Shown here: one piece after another, positions 40,699-51,035 of the stretch
How positions within the stretch are numbered: position 1 is the first letter of the stretch
Layout: each line of letters opens with the position of its first letter
From: Candidatus Hermodarchaeota archaeon
Lineage (GTDB): Archaea; Asgardarchaeota; Hermodarchaeia; Hermodarchaeales; Hermodarchaeaceae
Length of the DNA stretch: 53,331 nucleotides
NCBI GenBank assembly: GCA_016839805.1
Contig: JAEOTO010000027.1
Span: forward strand, 1-53,331
Direction: 5' to 3'
The notes under the pieces: model-generated
The model's database searches: none
What the model saw: the letters and a program-made list of their open reading frames with translations, nothing else
Told to the model about the DNA's origin: nothing
Program-made: the position numbers and the translations under genes

Positions 40699-41328
40699 TT
40701 ATGGAAGGAGGGGAAGAAGGAAGTGAAGAATGCCTCCGGGAAAGAAGATGATGAGTGTTGCTTGGACTATTCCGATGAAGGCGAGTATCAGGGTGATGGG
40801 GCGTGAGGCTAGGATTATGGCAAAGGCTTTGATGAGTTCTTCGAACCATTTCAAGGAGATAAAGACAATGATTCCGATTATGACAAATACACCGATGATA
40901 ACCCATGTGAAGTTGAAGGGGATGAGACTGATGATCCAGTCGGGTGTGAAGAGGGCGACAAGTACTGAGACGATGATTGCGATAACGAGTGCGACGAGTG
41001 CGGCCCAGGGGACTTTTGCAATGGGGGCGATGAGAAGCACGAATCCGATGATACCTAAGAGTGCCAAGGTGAGGGGATCACCGTAGAAGGGCGTGGTGAT
41101 GCCACTGGTTAGAAGGGAGAAGAGGGCAGCGAAACAGGCGATGCCAATGGCCATGCCAAAGAATTGGAGAACTTTGATTCCAGCGCGGAAGCAGCTTTGG
41201 ACATCCACTCCTGGTTCATCGGATGCTCGGAGAATTGCATCCAGCAACCAAATACTAGCGACGAACGCCGCTAGGCCCAGGATGCTAGGGGTGAGAATGA
41301 CAAGATAGGTTTGGATAGGACCTGCCAA
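40699..41328 (-). CDS. Hypothetical polytopic membrane protein
   Basis: TTG start after GGAGGT; about six hydrophobic helices. Confidence 0.75.
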   Translation of the reverse strand: MAGPIQTYLVILTPSILGLAAFVASIWLLDAILRASDEPGVDVQSCFRAGIKVLQFFGMAIGIACFAALFSLLTSGITTPFYGDPLTLALLGIIGFVLLIAPIAKVPWAALVALVIAIIVSVLVALFTPDWIISLIPFNFTWVIIGVFVIIGIIVFISLKWFEELIKAFAIILASRPITLILAFIGIVQATLIIFFPGGILHFLLPLLP

Positions 41329-41426
41329 TTAGGAACCTCCAAGATTACAGTATATGATTGTGGATGAAAAGCGTTATGTCCACTTAATGTTGGAGTTTTG
41401 TTGAACTGATTGAGGGCAGGTGCTAG

Positions 41427-42314
41427 TTATTCTCTCCGATAAGATCGAATGATGTCTTCGAGTTCTTGGTACACATCTGGTTGGAGTGGAGTTTCTTTTC
41501 GTAGTTCCGTCTCCCCCGTATCCCTTTCCTCTTGCCTTGTTTGTGTAAGTTGGACCGTGATGGTTTGGATTCTATCAATATCTTGGGAGTGTTTTGAATA
41601 CGACCACACGTAGATACCCCCTAAAAAGGCTGCACTAAGTGCAATGAAAAGGATAAGACTGGTTAGTGCCATCGACCAGGGGCTTATACCAAGCAGATAT
41701 AGAAACCATGGAAATTGGGTGGGAAAAATGAGGCCAGTAAATGTGACTACTTCGAGGACGAGGCTAACGAAATATCCGAGTAGTAGTGTGACCACAAAAG
41801 TGAGCGTGAACAGACCTAAGAGGAATTCTTTATGGAAATATTGAAATCCCCGGTAAAATCGGTGTCCCATGATCGGTGTTGCGTCTTGACGTCCTCCGCC
41901 ACCAATGAGGAATTCTTCAATCGAAAAAAAGCCAGGTTGGTGGGGGTAATTGATGGTTTGCAACCATTGGAGCCCCTTGGTGGATAGATTTGCATACCAG
42001 AAGGCATGAATGGCGCAGTAGACAGAAAAAATCATCAATGAGTAAAATAAGAGGTTCATCAAAGTCCAGTATCCCATGAGCCATCCGATTGTCGTATTTG
42101 TTTGAAGAATGCTGAGTTGCGGTGAAAGGGCAATACTCATGGATATTGCCATAAGGGCATAGACTCCTAGCAAGGTTGCGAGATAGAAGACAGCAAATGT
42201 CCGCGATTTACTTCCATAATTGTTTGACCATCCAAGTAATGATCGGACGAGAACTTCGTTGTTGACGGAAACCACTCTTTCGTCTTCCAGTTCATCGAAA
42301 TCTGGAAATGCCAA
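41427..42314 (-). CDS. Hypothetical membrane protein (about 4 TM)
   Basis: TTG start after AGGAGG...GGTGA; long hydrophobic segments; charged C-terminus. Confidence 0.7.
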   Translation of the reverse strand: MAFPDFDELEDERVVSVNNEVLVRSLLGWSNNYGSKSRTFAVFYLATLLGVYALMAISMSIALSPQLSILQTNTTIGWLMGYWTLMNLLFYSLMIFSVYCAIHAFWYANLSTKGLQWLQTINYPHQPGFFSIEEFLIGGGGRQDATPIMGHRFYRGFQYFHKEFLLGLFTLTFVVTLLLGYFVSLVLEVVTFTGLIFPTQFPWFLYLLGISPWSMALTSLILFIALSAAFLGGIYVWSYSKHSQDIDRIQTITVQLTQTRQEERDTGETELRKETPLQPDVYQELEDIIRSYRRE

Positions 42315-42423
42315 ATCACCATCCCTCCTTTCAGGTGAAGTGGATTGGTTAAAGATGACTGTTCTTCCTTAAAAGGGTGTACTGTCATCAATTAGGGCAT
42401 ATCGAGTCATCCTAATACCAAAG

Positions 42424-42615
42424 TTAAGAGTTTGTTAAGAAGGTTGCCTTGCTAGAAATTGTAAGGATTTTAAAGAGGCAGCTTTCGACATCCACTCCTG
42501 GTTCATCGGATGCTCGGAGAATTACATCTAGCAACCAGATACCCGCGACGAATGCTGCTAACCCTAGGATGCTGGGAGTCAGCATGACGAGATATGTTTG
42601 AATGGGACCTGCCAA
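42424..42615 (-). pseudogene. Truncated duplicate of the 5' end of the 40699-41328 gene
   Basis: The first 46 codons are 42/46 identical in protein; 150-bp direct repeat (42478-42627 vs 41191-41340) that includes the SD; then divergence and an early stop. Confidence 0.8.
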
Positions 42616-43042
42616 AAGGGAACCTCCTAGAGCCTAGAGGGCGACGATAAATCAAAAACATTCTCCCTGAGAACCCGGAAAACCGAAGATGGAAAGTTAG
42701 GTAAACCAATTAGATGATAGGGTCCATTTGACCATCTCTTTTTTGAGGTTAGCCGTTGAACTGATGAATGCTGATATAATACATTTTGAACCGAGTAAAG
42801 AAATACCGAGTTATTTCAACGTCTGCTTAGATTTTTCGTGAAAATGAGCGTATAGATATATATACAAAATCGGCAGAATAGGCTCAGGTTTCATTCAGGG
42901 GATTAATTTGATTTGGCTGGCGATCAAGAATTGATTGGTATTTGTCAACATCTTAGTTGATATTGGCAATTCAAGGGTATTACAAGAGACATAAAGGATA
43001 TTGTCGTCTCCTGGATGGAGCCCCAGGAGAGAAAAACCAAAA

Positions 43043-46000
43043 ATGAAAACACGATTAAAAAAACAAGGTTTTCCGCTTATTCTAGCGTTATTTACACTAA
43101 TTCTATTCAACGGCCCTCTCTTAGCAACTCCTCCAAACGTTATAACAGCTCACACCGTGAATCTATCTCAACCAGCAAATCCAGACCCTTCTGTTGCAAT
43201 CCCATCAATTCCTCCACCTGCCCCTGCCCCACCACAATTATGGAATCAGACACTTGGCGATCCTTTTCAAGGCTTCACGCCGATGTCGATGAGCTACAGG
43301 TTTAATGATATTGTATATTCAGGAACTGACGTGTTCGTGGTAGGAACATTTGGTGACTATTCTAGTAACGTATCAAGGGCGTATATAACCAGCCATTCAG
43401 CTACGACGGGAGCTTGGAACTGGAAACGTTATGATGTGGCCGATCAAAGCTTCATGACCCAAGGCTACTCTATCGCTACAAATGGGACAACCCTATTCAT
43501 CTGTGGTTCTTTTGCGACCGCATTAATGCCATATACAACAGGGGCATTTCTTGGGGCGTATAATACGTTGAACGGAGGTCGACTTTGGTATACGACTTAC
43601 AACACTTCCGACAGAGAAATGGCCTATAATATAGCTGTGAATGGAAGCGCCGTGTACATCACCGGTACTCAGTACAATTCGATCTCAATGAATGACGAAG
43701 CCTTTCTAGCGAAATTTAACGCTAATACAGGAATCCAACTTTGGAATACGACATTTGCTACCCAGGGTCAGACTGTTGGTTTGAATGTAGCCGTGAATGG
43801 ATCTGCAGTGTATATCGGAGGTCAGAATCAATCATCAGGTTTTATTGCACGGTTTACGGCCAGCGGAAGCGAGGTATGGAACACCAGCCTTGGCTTATAT
43901 ACTATGCCACTGGGATTAGCGGCAAATACTAGCGAACTATACGTTAGTGGCTACGAGTACAATCCTATAGGCCCAGCTAACGGGACACTTTGGAAAATAG
44001 CTGCAAATGGGGCTATTCAATGGAAGCAAAATATCGTTAACACAACCCTCTATGATGTGGCTATCGATGGTGCTGCAATATATCTAATTGGATTACAAGC
44101 TATTGCTGTAGTTTATGGTCCGAGTATGCAGGTGCACTCTACCTTATTCCGGTACGATTCTATAGGGACTCAGATATGGAATACTACTTATGATACACCG
44201 TCACCAGATTTTGCTATGGCGATAACTGCGTACAATAATGAAATTTTCTTTATAGGAAGTTACTATACATTCATTTACCCACCTGTATTCGGATATTCGC
44301 AGACATATACTTTCGCAGTGGATTATTTCATAGCTAAACATGATCAGACCGGAGCCTTCCAATGGGACCACAAAGAACATGCTCAAGGTCTTGAATATGC
44401 CTCGAGCATCGCAATTGCCCGTAACGGCCTTTACATAACCGGAGCAGAGAAGAAGAACAAACAGGATGTTGACATCTACCTTGCTCTCTACGGGTTCGAT
44501 GGATCGCTCCAATGGAAGAAAACTCTATCGAGTCCTCTTAACGAGCAAGGATATGCCCTCACGGTAACACGCGATCATGTCTATGTTACAGGCATTCAAT
44601 ACACAGAGGGATTAGAGAATCTCCTATTGGTTTGTTTTGATCTACAGGGGAATCACCTCTGGAATGTGACCAGGAATTTCAGCGATATGGGTTATATCTT
44701 TTCATTCCAGTCAATCTTTGACTTAATCGAAACTAATAATGACATCTTTATTGTAGGGACTTTGGTCAATGCCTCAATGCCCATGAGCATGGGCGATGCG
44801 GGCTTTCTCATCGGTTTTGATGCCAGTAATGGAGCATACCTCTGGAACACCACTTGGGCAACGCCACCAAATAATCTGCAAGTAGGCGGTATCGCAGGTA
44901 CAGTGACGAATCTCTATGTCACCTACACCAACTTCACCGATACAGCCTTAACTTGCTTTGATCTTACCGGCACTGAACAATGGAAGACTAGAATCATAGA
45001 AGTCAGTGGCAAACCAAGAGTGACAGTAAATGCTAGTTCACTTTTTGTCAGCGGAACGATTTATAACATGAGTTCTGGCGATTATAACGCATTTTTAGGC
45101 GCCTATGATATGGCTGGTATCCACCAATGGAATACCAGTTGGAGTTCGGTCCCCCTGATGATGTTTCCTGACCAAGGAAATGATGTGGTAGTTGGGACTG
45201 ATACAATATACCTCATTGGAGCCACTCTGGATTGGAACCAATACAAGGGAATTGCTTGGATAGCTGGTTTCGATTCGATGGGTATTCATCAATGGAATAC
45301 AACGCTTAACGACCAGTACTATGACACCTTTTTCTTGGTTGACGTTGAAGCCGTGGAAGACACGATCTTTACTGCAGGCATGGCCCAAAAAGCGAATATA
45401 AATTACGGCCACGAGATAGATGCCTTCATCGCGGCTTACGGAAGTGGCTGGAATGGACTGGGTGATATCTATGTCTATGTAGAAGACGCTCTAGGCAACC
45501 CCGTGTCGGGCGCTTCTGTCATCTCAACCAGTCAACCATCTGGGCAACCAGCTTTAAGCGGCACAACAAACGCTAGTGGTTATGCCGAATTCATTGACAT
45601 CTATGCTGGTGCTTATACCCTTGAAGCTGCTAGTACTGGGTATCTTTCTGACAGTTCAGCAGTCGTCCTTGGACCTGGAGAAACACTAGTTGAACCGTTA
45701 ACCCTTCAGGGCATTGGTACTCTCACAATCTATGTGGAAAATGCCCTGGGCGACCCCGTGTCGGGAGCCTTGGTCACTTCAACCAGTCAACCATCCGGGC
45801 AAACCGCATTAAGTGACACCACCAATACGACCGGTCATGTGAAGTTTGAAAATATTCTTGCAGGAAACTACCTCTTCGATGTGACTGCGTCCGGGTATCT
45901 CAGCACCACAGGTGAATCCATAACCATGACGGCTGGAGAAACAAGAGCAGAAATAATTTCCCTCCAAGGAATTTGCACTATTGAAGTACTAGTCACTGAT

Positions 46001-46351
46001 GCTACTGGAAATCCAGTTTCTGGGGCCACAGTCACATCCACCCTTCGACCCAGTGGTCAGACCCAACTGAGTGGCAACACAGGTCTGGATGGGAAGATTA
46101 CCTTCTCTAATGTCTTCACGGGCACCTACTCCCTCCAAGTCACCCATCCTGATTTCACACCAGATAGTGAGACATTTACTGTGTCAGTAGGCGAAGTAAA
46201 GGAGATTACTCTCACCTTAGGTCCATTAGAAGGAAGAGGAGGTATTCCACCGGAATGGCTCCTGATTGCAGGTGTGACAGTAGGCGTAACAATTGTTATC
46301 ATTGTTGCTGGAGTAATTTGGTATCGACGTCGCGCAGGAAGTCCAAAGTAA
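43043..46351 (+). CDS. Large cell-surface protein: beta-propeller repeats, three carboxypeptidase-regulatory-like (Ig-fold) repeats, C-terminal TM anchor
   Basis: Signal peptide; many Gxx(L/Q)WNxT repeats with IYITG-type strands; three VxDxxGNPVSGAxVxSTxxPSGQ repeats; TM plus RRR. Confidence 0.85.
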   Translation: MKTRLKKQGFPLILALFTLILFNGPLLATPPNVITAHTVNLSQPANPDPSVAIPSIPPPAPAPPQLWNQTLGDPFQGFTPMSMSYRFNDIVYSGTDVFVVGTFGDYSSNVSRAYITSHSATTGAWNWKRYDVADQSFMTQGYSIATNGTTLFICGSFATALMPYTTGAFLGAYNTLNGGRLWYTTYNTSDREMAYNIAVNGSAVYITGTQYNSISMNDEAFLAKFNANTGIQLWNTTFATQGQTVGLNVAVNGSAVYIGGQNQSSGFIARFTASGSEVWNTSLGLYTMPLGLAANTSELYVSGYEYNPIGPANGTLWKIAANGAIQWKQNIVNTTLYDVAIDGAAIYLIGLQAIAVVYGPSMQVHSTLFRYDSIGTQIWNTTYDTPSPDFAMAITAYNNEIFFIGSYYTFIYPPVFGYSQTYTFAVDYFIAKHDQTGAFQWDHKEHAQGLEYASSIAIARNGLYITGAEKKNKQDVDIYLALYGFDGSLQWKKTLSSPLNEQGYALTVTRDHVYVTGIQYTEGLENLLLVCFDLQGNHLWNVTRNFSDMGYIFSFQSIFDLIETNNDIFIVGTLVNASMPMSMGDAGFLIGFDASNGAYLWNTTWATPPNNLQVGGIAGTVTNLYVTYTNFTDTALTCFDLTGTEQWKTRIIEVSGKPRVTVNASSLFVSGTIYNMSSGDYNAFLGAYDMAGIHQWNTSWSSVPLMMFPDQGNDVVVGTDTIYLIGATLDWNQYKGIAWIAGFDSMGIHQWNTTLNDQYYDTFFLVDVEAVEDTIFTAGMAQKANINYGHEIDAFIAAYGSGWNGLGDIYVYVEDALGNPVSGASVISTSQPSGQPALSGTTNASGYAEFIDIYAGAYTLEAASTGYLSDSSAVVLGPGETLVEPLTLQGIGTLTIYVENALGDPVSGALVTSTSQPSGQTALSDTTNTTGHVKFENILAGNYLFDVTASGYLSTTGESITMTAGETRAEIISLQGICTIEVLVTDATGNPVSGATVTSTLRPSGQTQLSGNTGLDGKITFSNVFTGTYSLQVTHPDFTPDSETFTVSVGEVKEITLTLGPLEGRGGIPPEWLLIAGVTVGVTIVIIVAGVIWYRRRAGSPK

Positions 46352-46430
46352 CCAAAGACTTCCTGCCCCCAACCTTTTTAGAAATAGCTGGTTTGAATAC
46401 TACGAGTTTTTTAAGTGGATAATAAGTAGG

Positions 46431-47630
46431 TTAGTAAGTGTAGGGATTATACAGTGGGAGTTGGGGGAACCACTCTTTCAGAATTTCGCGCATTTGATTG
46501 GTCAATCCCTTTATCCAACGAGCATATTCGAGGGCCTCAAGAGAGTGGGTGCCATAGACCAGAGCACTAATACCATGTATCGTTGTTTCAATTTGAGGAA
46601 CACGTTTAGTGGTCGTTACGTTTAGCGTACCAGATTCAGACTGTAACAAGTAGGTGCTATTGTTCCATCCACACTGGGCATCTGTGAGCTTGAGTGTCAG
46701 TTCTCTTTCGCTTGGTACTGGGAGTCCAGTAAGAGCTTCTTTGACATCTATGATGCGAACCATCCAAGGATGCCATACTTTAATTTCAATCCAGTCCTTG
46801 AGGTCCATGAACCAATGTTGAAAGTCGATTCCGTAAGGTGCCCTGATTTGTAATTGTTTGACTTGATCTCGGTGTTTGCCAAAAAAGTTGAAGAGGGCGG
46901 TTTGCGATTCAAGGTTTCGCCAATACATCTCTTCGATAATGAGTTGCCCAGGTTCTTCGAAATGCATGTAACCCTTAATTTGATACCGAGCGAGAGCCTC
47001 CACTTTGCCTTGCCTTTTTACAAAGACATAGAGGCGGTTTTTATTGCGCTGTTTCCATTCTTCGTCCCGGATATTTGCATTAAAGGCATAGCCGTGATGT
47101 TTACTCGGTGCATGATCCTGAATGAATGCCAAATAGTCTCCTTTAGCATCAGAACCAGCAACTCGTTTAAACTCCCAGTCTTCACCAATTACCGAATCAG
47201 AGACAGTGCGAAGGCCATCCAGTGGAGCTGTTATTCGAAACTTGTCATGAGCGGGAACATAACCAAACTGAGCATAGAAGCTCTCTCGGAAGGGTTCTAA
47301 CATGCTCAAAGACAATCCTTGTTCCTTCATCTGGAGAAAAGCGGTTTGCATTAATGAGCGGATGTAGCCTTTCATGCGGGCCTCAGGATAGGTCCCTACC
47401 ATAGAGATTCCCCCCATGCCTTTGAGGACGCCGCGAATGGCCTGTTTGACTTTCATGATGGTGAGAACGGACATCAGTTCATCATTATCAAAGAGCCCAA
47501 TGATGTCTTCGGGAACCATGTATTCGTAGTCTTGTTCGCTGACGTCTTTGTCAGTCCAAAACCCGTAAGCATATTGGTGCAGTTTGACGACTTTAGTCAT
47601 GTCGCTTTTTTTGAGGTTGCGGATTTCCAT
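46431..47630 (-). CDS. Eis-like GNAT acetyltransferase (tandem GNAT plus SCP2-like C-terminus)
   Basis: GISMVGTYPEARMKGY, LEPFRESFYAQFGY, MVRIIDV and WNNSTY. Confidence 0.88.
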   Translation of the reverse strand: MEIRNLKKSDMTKVVKLHQYAYGFWTDKDVSEQDYEYMVPEDIIGLFDNDELMSVLTIMKVKQAIRGVLKGMGGISMVGTYPEARMKGYIRSLMQTAFLQMKEQGLSLSMLEPFRESFYAQFGYVPAHDKFRITAPLDGLRTVSDSVIGEDWEFKRVAGSDAKGDYLAFIQDHAPSKHHGYAFNANIRDEEWKQRNKNRLYVFVKRQGKVEALARYQIKGYMHFEEPGQLIIEEMYWRNLESQTALFNFFGKHRDQVKQLQIRAPYGIDFQHWFMDLKDWIEIKVWHPWMVRIIDVKEALTGLPVPSERELTLKLTDAQCGWNNSTYLLQSESGTLNVTTTKRVPQIETTIHGISALVYGTHSLEALEYARWIKGLTNQMREILKEWFPQLPLYNPYTY

Positions 47631-47738
47631 GGAGTTTCCCTTCGGATTTAAACTAATTCAACTTGAAGTCATATAACGTGTAGGTTGTTAAAATTATCTT
47701 TAAGGCACAATATTTAGAAGTAGATTGATGATTAGACC

Positions 47739-48083
47739 ATGAAGTTATACTCGGAGGATCTGATGAAAGAAATCCGTAAGACCTTTGAAGAGGATGTGCT
47801 GCAGCGCCCACACGTGAAAACTAAACGTATGTTTGGCTGTCCCAGTTATACGGCTAAAAGGAAGCTTTTTGCTTTTTTTGTAACAGATGGCATTGTCCTT
47901 ACCAAACTGGGTGAAGACCAACGCGTTGACGCGTTGAATGTCCCTGGAGCCCAGTTTTTTGAACACAACCAACGGGTAGTGAAAAAGTGGGTACGGATTC
48001 CCCTGAATGACACTAAGGCATTAGGAACTATTCAACCATTTGTAAATAGCAGTTATGAGAATGCCATGATTGAAGAGGAATAG
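47739..48083 (+). CDS. TfoX N-terminal-like domain protein
   Basis: KRMFGCPSYTAKRKLFAF...KWVRIP pattern. Confidence 0.65.
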   Translation: MKLYSEDLMKEIRKTFEEDVLQRPHVKTKRMFGCPSYTAKRKLFAFFVTDGIVLTKLGEDQRVDALNVPGAQFFEHNQRVVKKWVRIPLNDTKALGTIQPFVNSSYENAMIEEE

Positions 48084-48087
48084 CATT

Positions 48088-48858
48088 TCATTTTTTAACA
48101 ACGAAGTAGACGCGTTTGCTTTCGGGCGTAAATGGTACTTGTTCTTCAAGATTACTCCAGTAACTGAGTTCGGTGAATCCTGCAACTTTTAGACAGCGGC
48201 GGATCTCTTCGATGGTATAACCACGTTCTTTGTGGGTTTCATCGATGCGGCGCAGCCAACGGTCCTTATCCTTGACAAAGCCGGTGATGTGGAATGACGC
48301 AATTCTGTGTTCAAAGTCATAGGCATGTCGATGCACTTGGAATATATCACTTGTCTCGCGTTCCACTATACATGCATATCGTTGTGCCAGGGTGACTAAC
48401 CAATAGATGGTGTTCATATCAAAGATGAACAATCCGTTATCAGTAAGAACCTGTCCGATTCCTTTGAAGGTGGTTTCTAAATCACTAATCTCAAGAATGT
48501 AGTTGAGGCTATCAAACCAGGATGTCGCGAGATCAAAAGTTTTCTTGAATGAAATTTGCCGCATATCCATTTGATGCAAATCAAGTTTGACATTCTCTTT
48601 GCGTGCTTTTTTTCGGGCTATGGTAAGCATTTCCGGAGATTGGTCGATTCCCGTCACCTCATGGCCTTTTTTAGCCATTTCGATAGCAAAGGTTCCTTCA
48701 CCACAAGCTACATCAAGAATAGTTTTAGGCTGAAAGTCTAGCTGCTTGAAAAGTCCGGGTAGATATTCTGCGATGTGTTTGCTGTATTGTGGATAGTCTC
48801 CGGAAGCATACAGATATGCAAACTTGCGATAGACATCCATTATCGCCGTCTCCAACAC
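48088..48858 (-). CDS. Class I SAM-dependent methyltransferase
   Basis: ILDVACGEG, GIDQSPEML, DMR, FDSLNY and GLFIFDMNT. Confidence 0.92.
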   Translation of the reverse strand: MLETAIMDVYRKFAYLYASGDYPQYSKHIAEYLPGLFKQLDFQPKTILDVACGEGTFAIEMAKKGHEVTGIDQSPEMLTIARKKARKENVKLDLHQMDMRQISFKKTFDLATSWFDSLNYILEISDLETTFKGIGQVLTDNGLFIFDMNTIYWLVTLAQRYACIVERETSDIFQVHRHAYDFEHRIASFHITGFVKDKDRWLRRIDETHKERGYTIEEIRRCLKVAGFTELSYWSNLEEQVPFTPESKRVYFVVKK

Positions 48859-48875
48859 TGGTGAGTCATCAATAT

Positions 48876-50807
48876 TTAGACTGGTCCGAAATGTTGGTCA
48901 TAAAAGTGTTGGATTTCCTCAGGTTGGGGGAGGGTGCATTTTTTCCACACGCTCAATACCTCGTGAAGTTGGTTTTCGCCTGCTTGACCCTTGAACAGGT
49001 CCTTCAGGTAGGCTGTGCGTTCTTCGATATCGCGTTGACAAAACTGTAGATACTCTTCTGATGAGTAGAAACGGAGAGGATTGAATCGTTCACGATACCT
49101 AAGGACTCCATGAATGTCCTCCAGCTCCTGAGGATCGGGAATCAGGTAGGCTTTCCCGAATACTGGATGATTGAGCCACTTCTGGATTTTTCGATTCTCG
49201 ACCAAGTCAACCAGCCGTTTGGTGTCTTCGACTTTGATTTTCTCGCCTAGCCCTAGATAGACGGGTTTACCCTGACCATTCAGGTAAGGTTTTCCAGTGA
49301 CTTTGTCAATTTTAGTTACTGGTTCACCGTTCTCATCAAGTAGAGGACGTTGTTTTCCCTCGAAGTTGAATTCTCCGACGTAGCCAGAGTTGACAATGGC
49401 AAAAATAAGTTTGGCTTGTGGTCCCAGACCCATCTCTGTGTACATTTGGAGTTTTTTGATGGCTTGGTGAGATTGCTCTCGTGCCATGAAATCAGTTGCT
49501 GCATACGAACGAACTCGGGTTCCGGGTATTTTTCCTCCTACAGCTGAGGTGATAACCGATTCACAGGCTGAATCTAAAGCCACTGCCATAGCGGGATCGG
49601 TGATACAACTTACTAGTGGAAAAATATCAAATCGGCGAAATGAGAGCATGACAGTTCGAAGTTGTTTTGGTGATCCTGGTGTCCAATTTGGATTTAGATC
49701 ATAAAACCGAAAGACAAAACGACCATTCGTAGTTCCAGACTTTTCATAGCGAGTCGGTTGTAGATGCCCAACTTGTTCGCCAGGAAGTTTTTTTGGAACC
49801 TTTACGGTATGCCCTGCGATTTTTTCCATCCGATATTCGATACCTTCACAATCGATATTCTGAGCTAATACCACTGGGTGGGATTCATCAGGTTGGACTT
49901 CTCGGGATTTCATGAGTCCGGCCCATTCGGGACTCGCGGAGTCCAATCCTTCACTCTTTGCATAGGAAGCTGCTTCTAGCCCAATGAGGTGTATCTTGTC
50001 GATCTGTCGGTTTGGTTTCGTATATTCAAGGAGACCGAGGATCGCATCATCTTGCTGGAGTAGAGGACCCACTGTTAATGTGGTTTTTCCCGTTCCTGAG
50101 AGTCCTTTTAGGACACGGTTTTTCGTACAGCCTGCATGGTAAGAGATGAGTCCATCGGCTTCGCCGCGATTCCATACCATAGTGAGATTGGGTTTCTTGA
50201 AAGCCCCGCCAAAGTAATCCACTCGAAGGCTCATGACCCGGCGATGATCCTGATCCATCCGTGTAAGATCATAGAGGGTAAGCGGTTCATCGGGATCGAA
50301 GTCAGGCCAAAAACTTTGGATTTCTTTGATTACTGTTTCGGGTAATCGTTCTTGAACGATGTAATTCCAACAATGAATATCCATATCCTCTTCGGGAGGA
50401 TAGACCATTAGGCGCCCAAACCATGTGATATATGCCGTGTGCGGATTTTCCACACTAAGGATTATTCTAAGACCGGTCTTATAGGCGGCTTCACCCTGAA
50501 TACCATCCTGCACAATTACTTTGGCAGTTTTCAGATACCGGAGTACAACATCATAAAGTCTCAAACCGATATCTCGATCAAAACTCCGCTGCCCCTTGCC
50601 TAGCTTGTACCCTTCAGGAATGATATAGAAAGCCCTGTCAGGTCGTCGACCTGCCTGCGTGTTACCGAAGAGGTATTGCCCATCAATAGTTTTGACATAG
50701 TATGGCTTTAGATACTCGACAAACCAAGCATCATCCGGGTTCCGAATGACATCTTTGTCATCAAAGAAGAGCTCATCTTCGATATGTACAGGCACCGTAC
50801 TACTCAC
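48876..50807 (-). CDS. Divergent phosphoenolpyruvate carboxykinase (ATP-type)-like protein
   Basis: YFGGAFKK, YHAGC, P-loop GLSGTGKTT, QDD (kinase-2), EAASYAK and TNGR occur in the same order as the PckA motifs. Confidence 0.7.
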   Translation of the reverse strand: MSSTVPVHIEDELFFDDKDVIRNPDDAWFVEYLKPYYVKTIDGQYLFGNTQAGRRPDRAFYIIPEGYKLGKGQRSFDRDIGLRLYDVVLRYLKTAKVIVQDGIQGEAAYKTGLRIILSVENPHTAYITWFGRLMVYPPEEDMDIHCWNYIVQERLPETVIKEIQSFWPDFDPDEPLTLYDLTRMDQDHRRVMSLRVDYFGGAFKKPNLTMVWNRGEADGLISYHAGCTKNRVLKGLSGTGKTTLTVGPLLQQDDAILGLLEYTKPNRQIDKIHLIGLEAASYAKSEGLDSASPEWAGLMKSREVQPDESHPVVLAQNIDCEGIEYRMEKIAGHTVKVPKKLPGEQVGHLQPTRYEKSGTTNGRFVFRFYDLNPNWTPGSPKQLRTVMLSFRRFDIFPLVSCITDPAMAVALDSACESVITSAVGGKIPGTRVRSYAATDFMAREQSHQAIKKLQMYTEMGLGPQAKLIFAIVNSGYVGEFNFEGKQRPLLDENGEPVTKIDKVTGKPYLNGQGKPVYLGLGEKIKVEDTKRLVDLVENRKIQKWLNHPVFGKAYLIPDPQELEDIHGVLRYRERFNPLRFYSSEEYLQFCQRDIEERTAYLKDLFKGQAGENQLHEVLSVWKKCTLPQPEEIQHFYDQHFGPV

Positions 50808-50942
50808 CCACTGCGAATAATTGACTCATCAGCTTATTCCTTTTATATCTAGATACATGCTTGAAGTCTTTCAGCGATGAGGGTCGAAGGACAGTCGCTT
50901 CAGCTTTTTATGCCTGCTGGATAGACAGCGAAAGCAATTAAA

Positions 50943-51035
50943 GGGTTAAACTCCCTGGCGATGACTGAGCGGGTGGGATTCCTCGCACCGTGCTCCGCTC
51001 TCTAATAAAAATCCCGGGCTGCGAGGTGTAATATC
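50943..51035 (+). promoter_or_regulatory. Candidate cis-regulatory structured leader (riboswitch-like) upstream of queT
   Basis: Stem 50967-73/50994-51000; pseudoknot pairings 50974-80/51010-16 and 50981-87/51020-26, the latter covering the GAGGTG SD; A-rich linker; TATA-like TTTTTATG at 50905-50912. Confidence 0.55.

Noticed and set aside
41191-42627. Diversity-generating retroelement TR/VR pair
   Set aside because: Mismatches are not adenine-specific, are mostly synonymous and lie at the gene's 5' end; there is no reverse transcriptase in the window.
45480-46100. DNA-level repeats in the large surface gene as a CRISPR or mobile repeat
   Set aside because: They are in-frame duplications of Ig-like protein domains with no repeat-spacer periodicity.
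50960-51000. FMN, TPP, cobalamin or fluoride riboswitch upstream of queT
   Set aside because: Only short resemblances exist (GGGUGGGAUUCC..ACCG, CUGAG, GGCGAUG); the rest of each consensus and the required lengths are missing.
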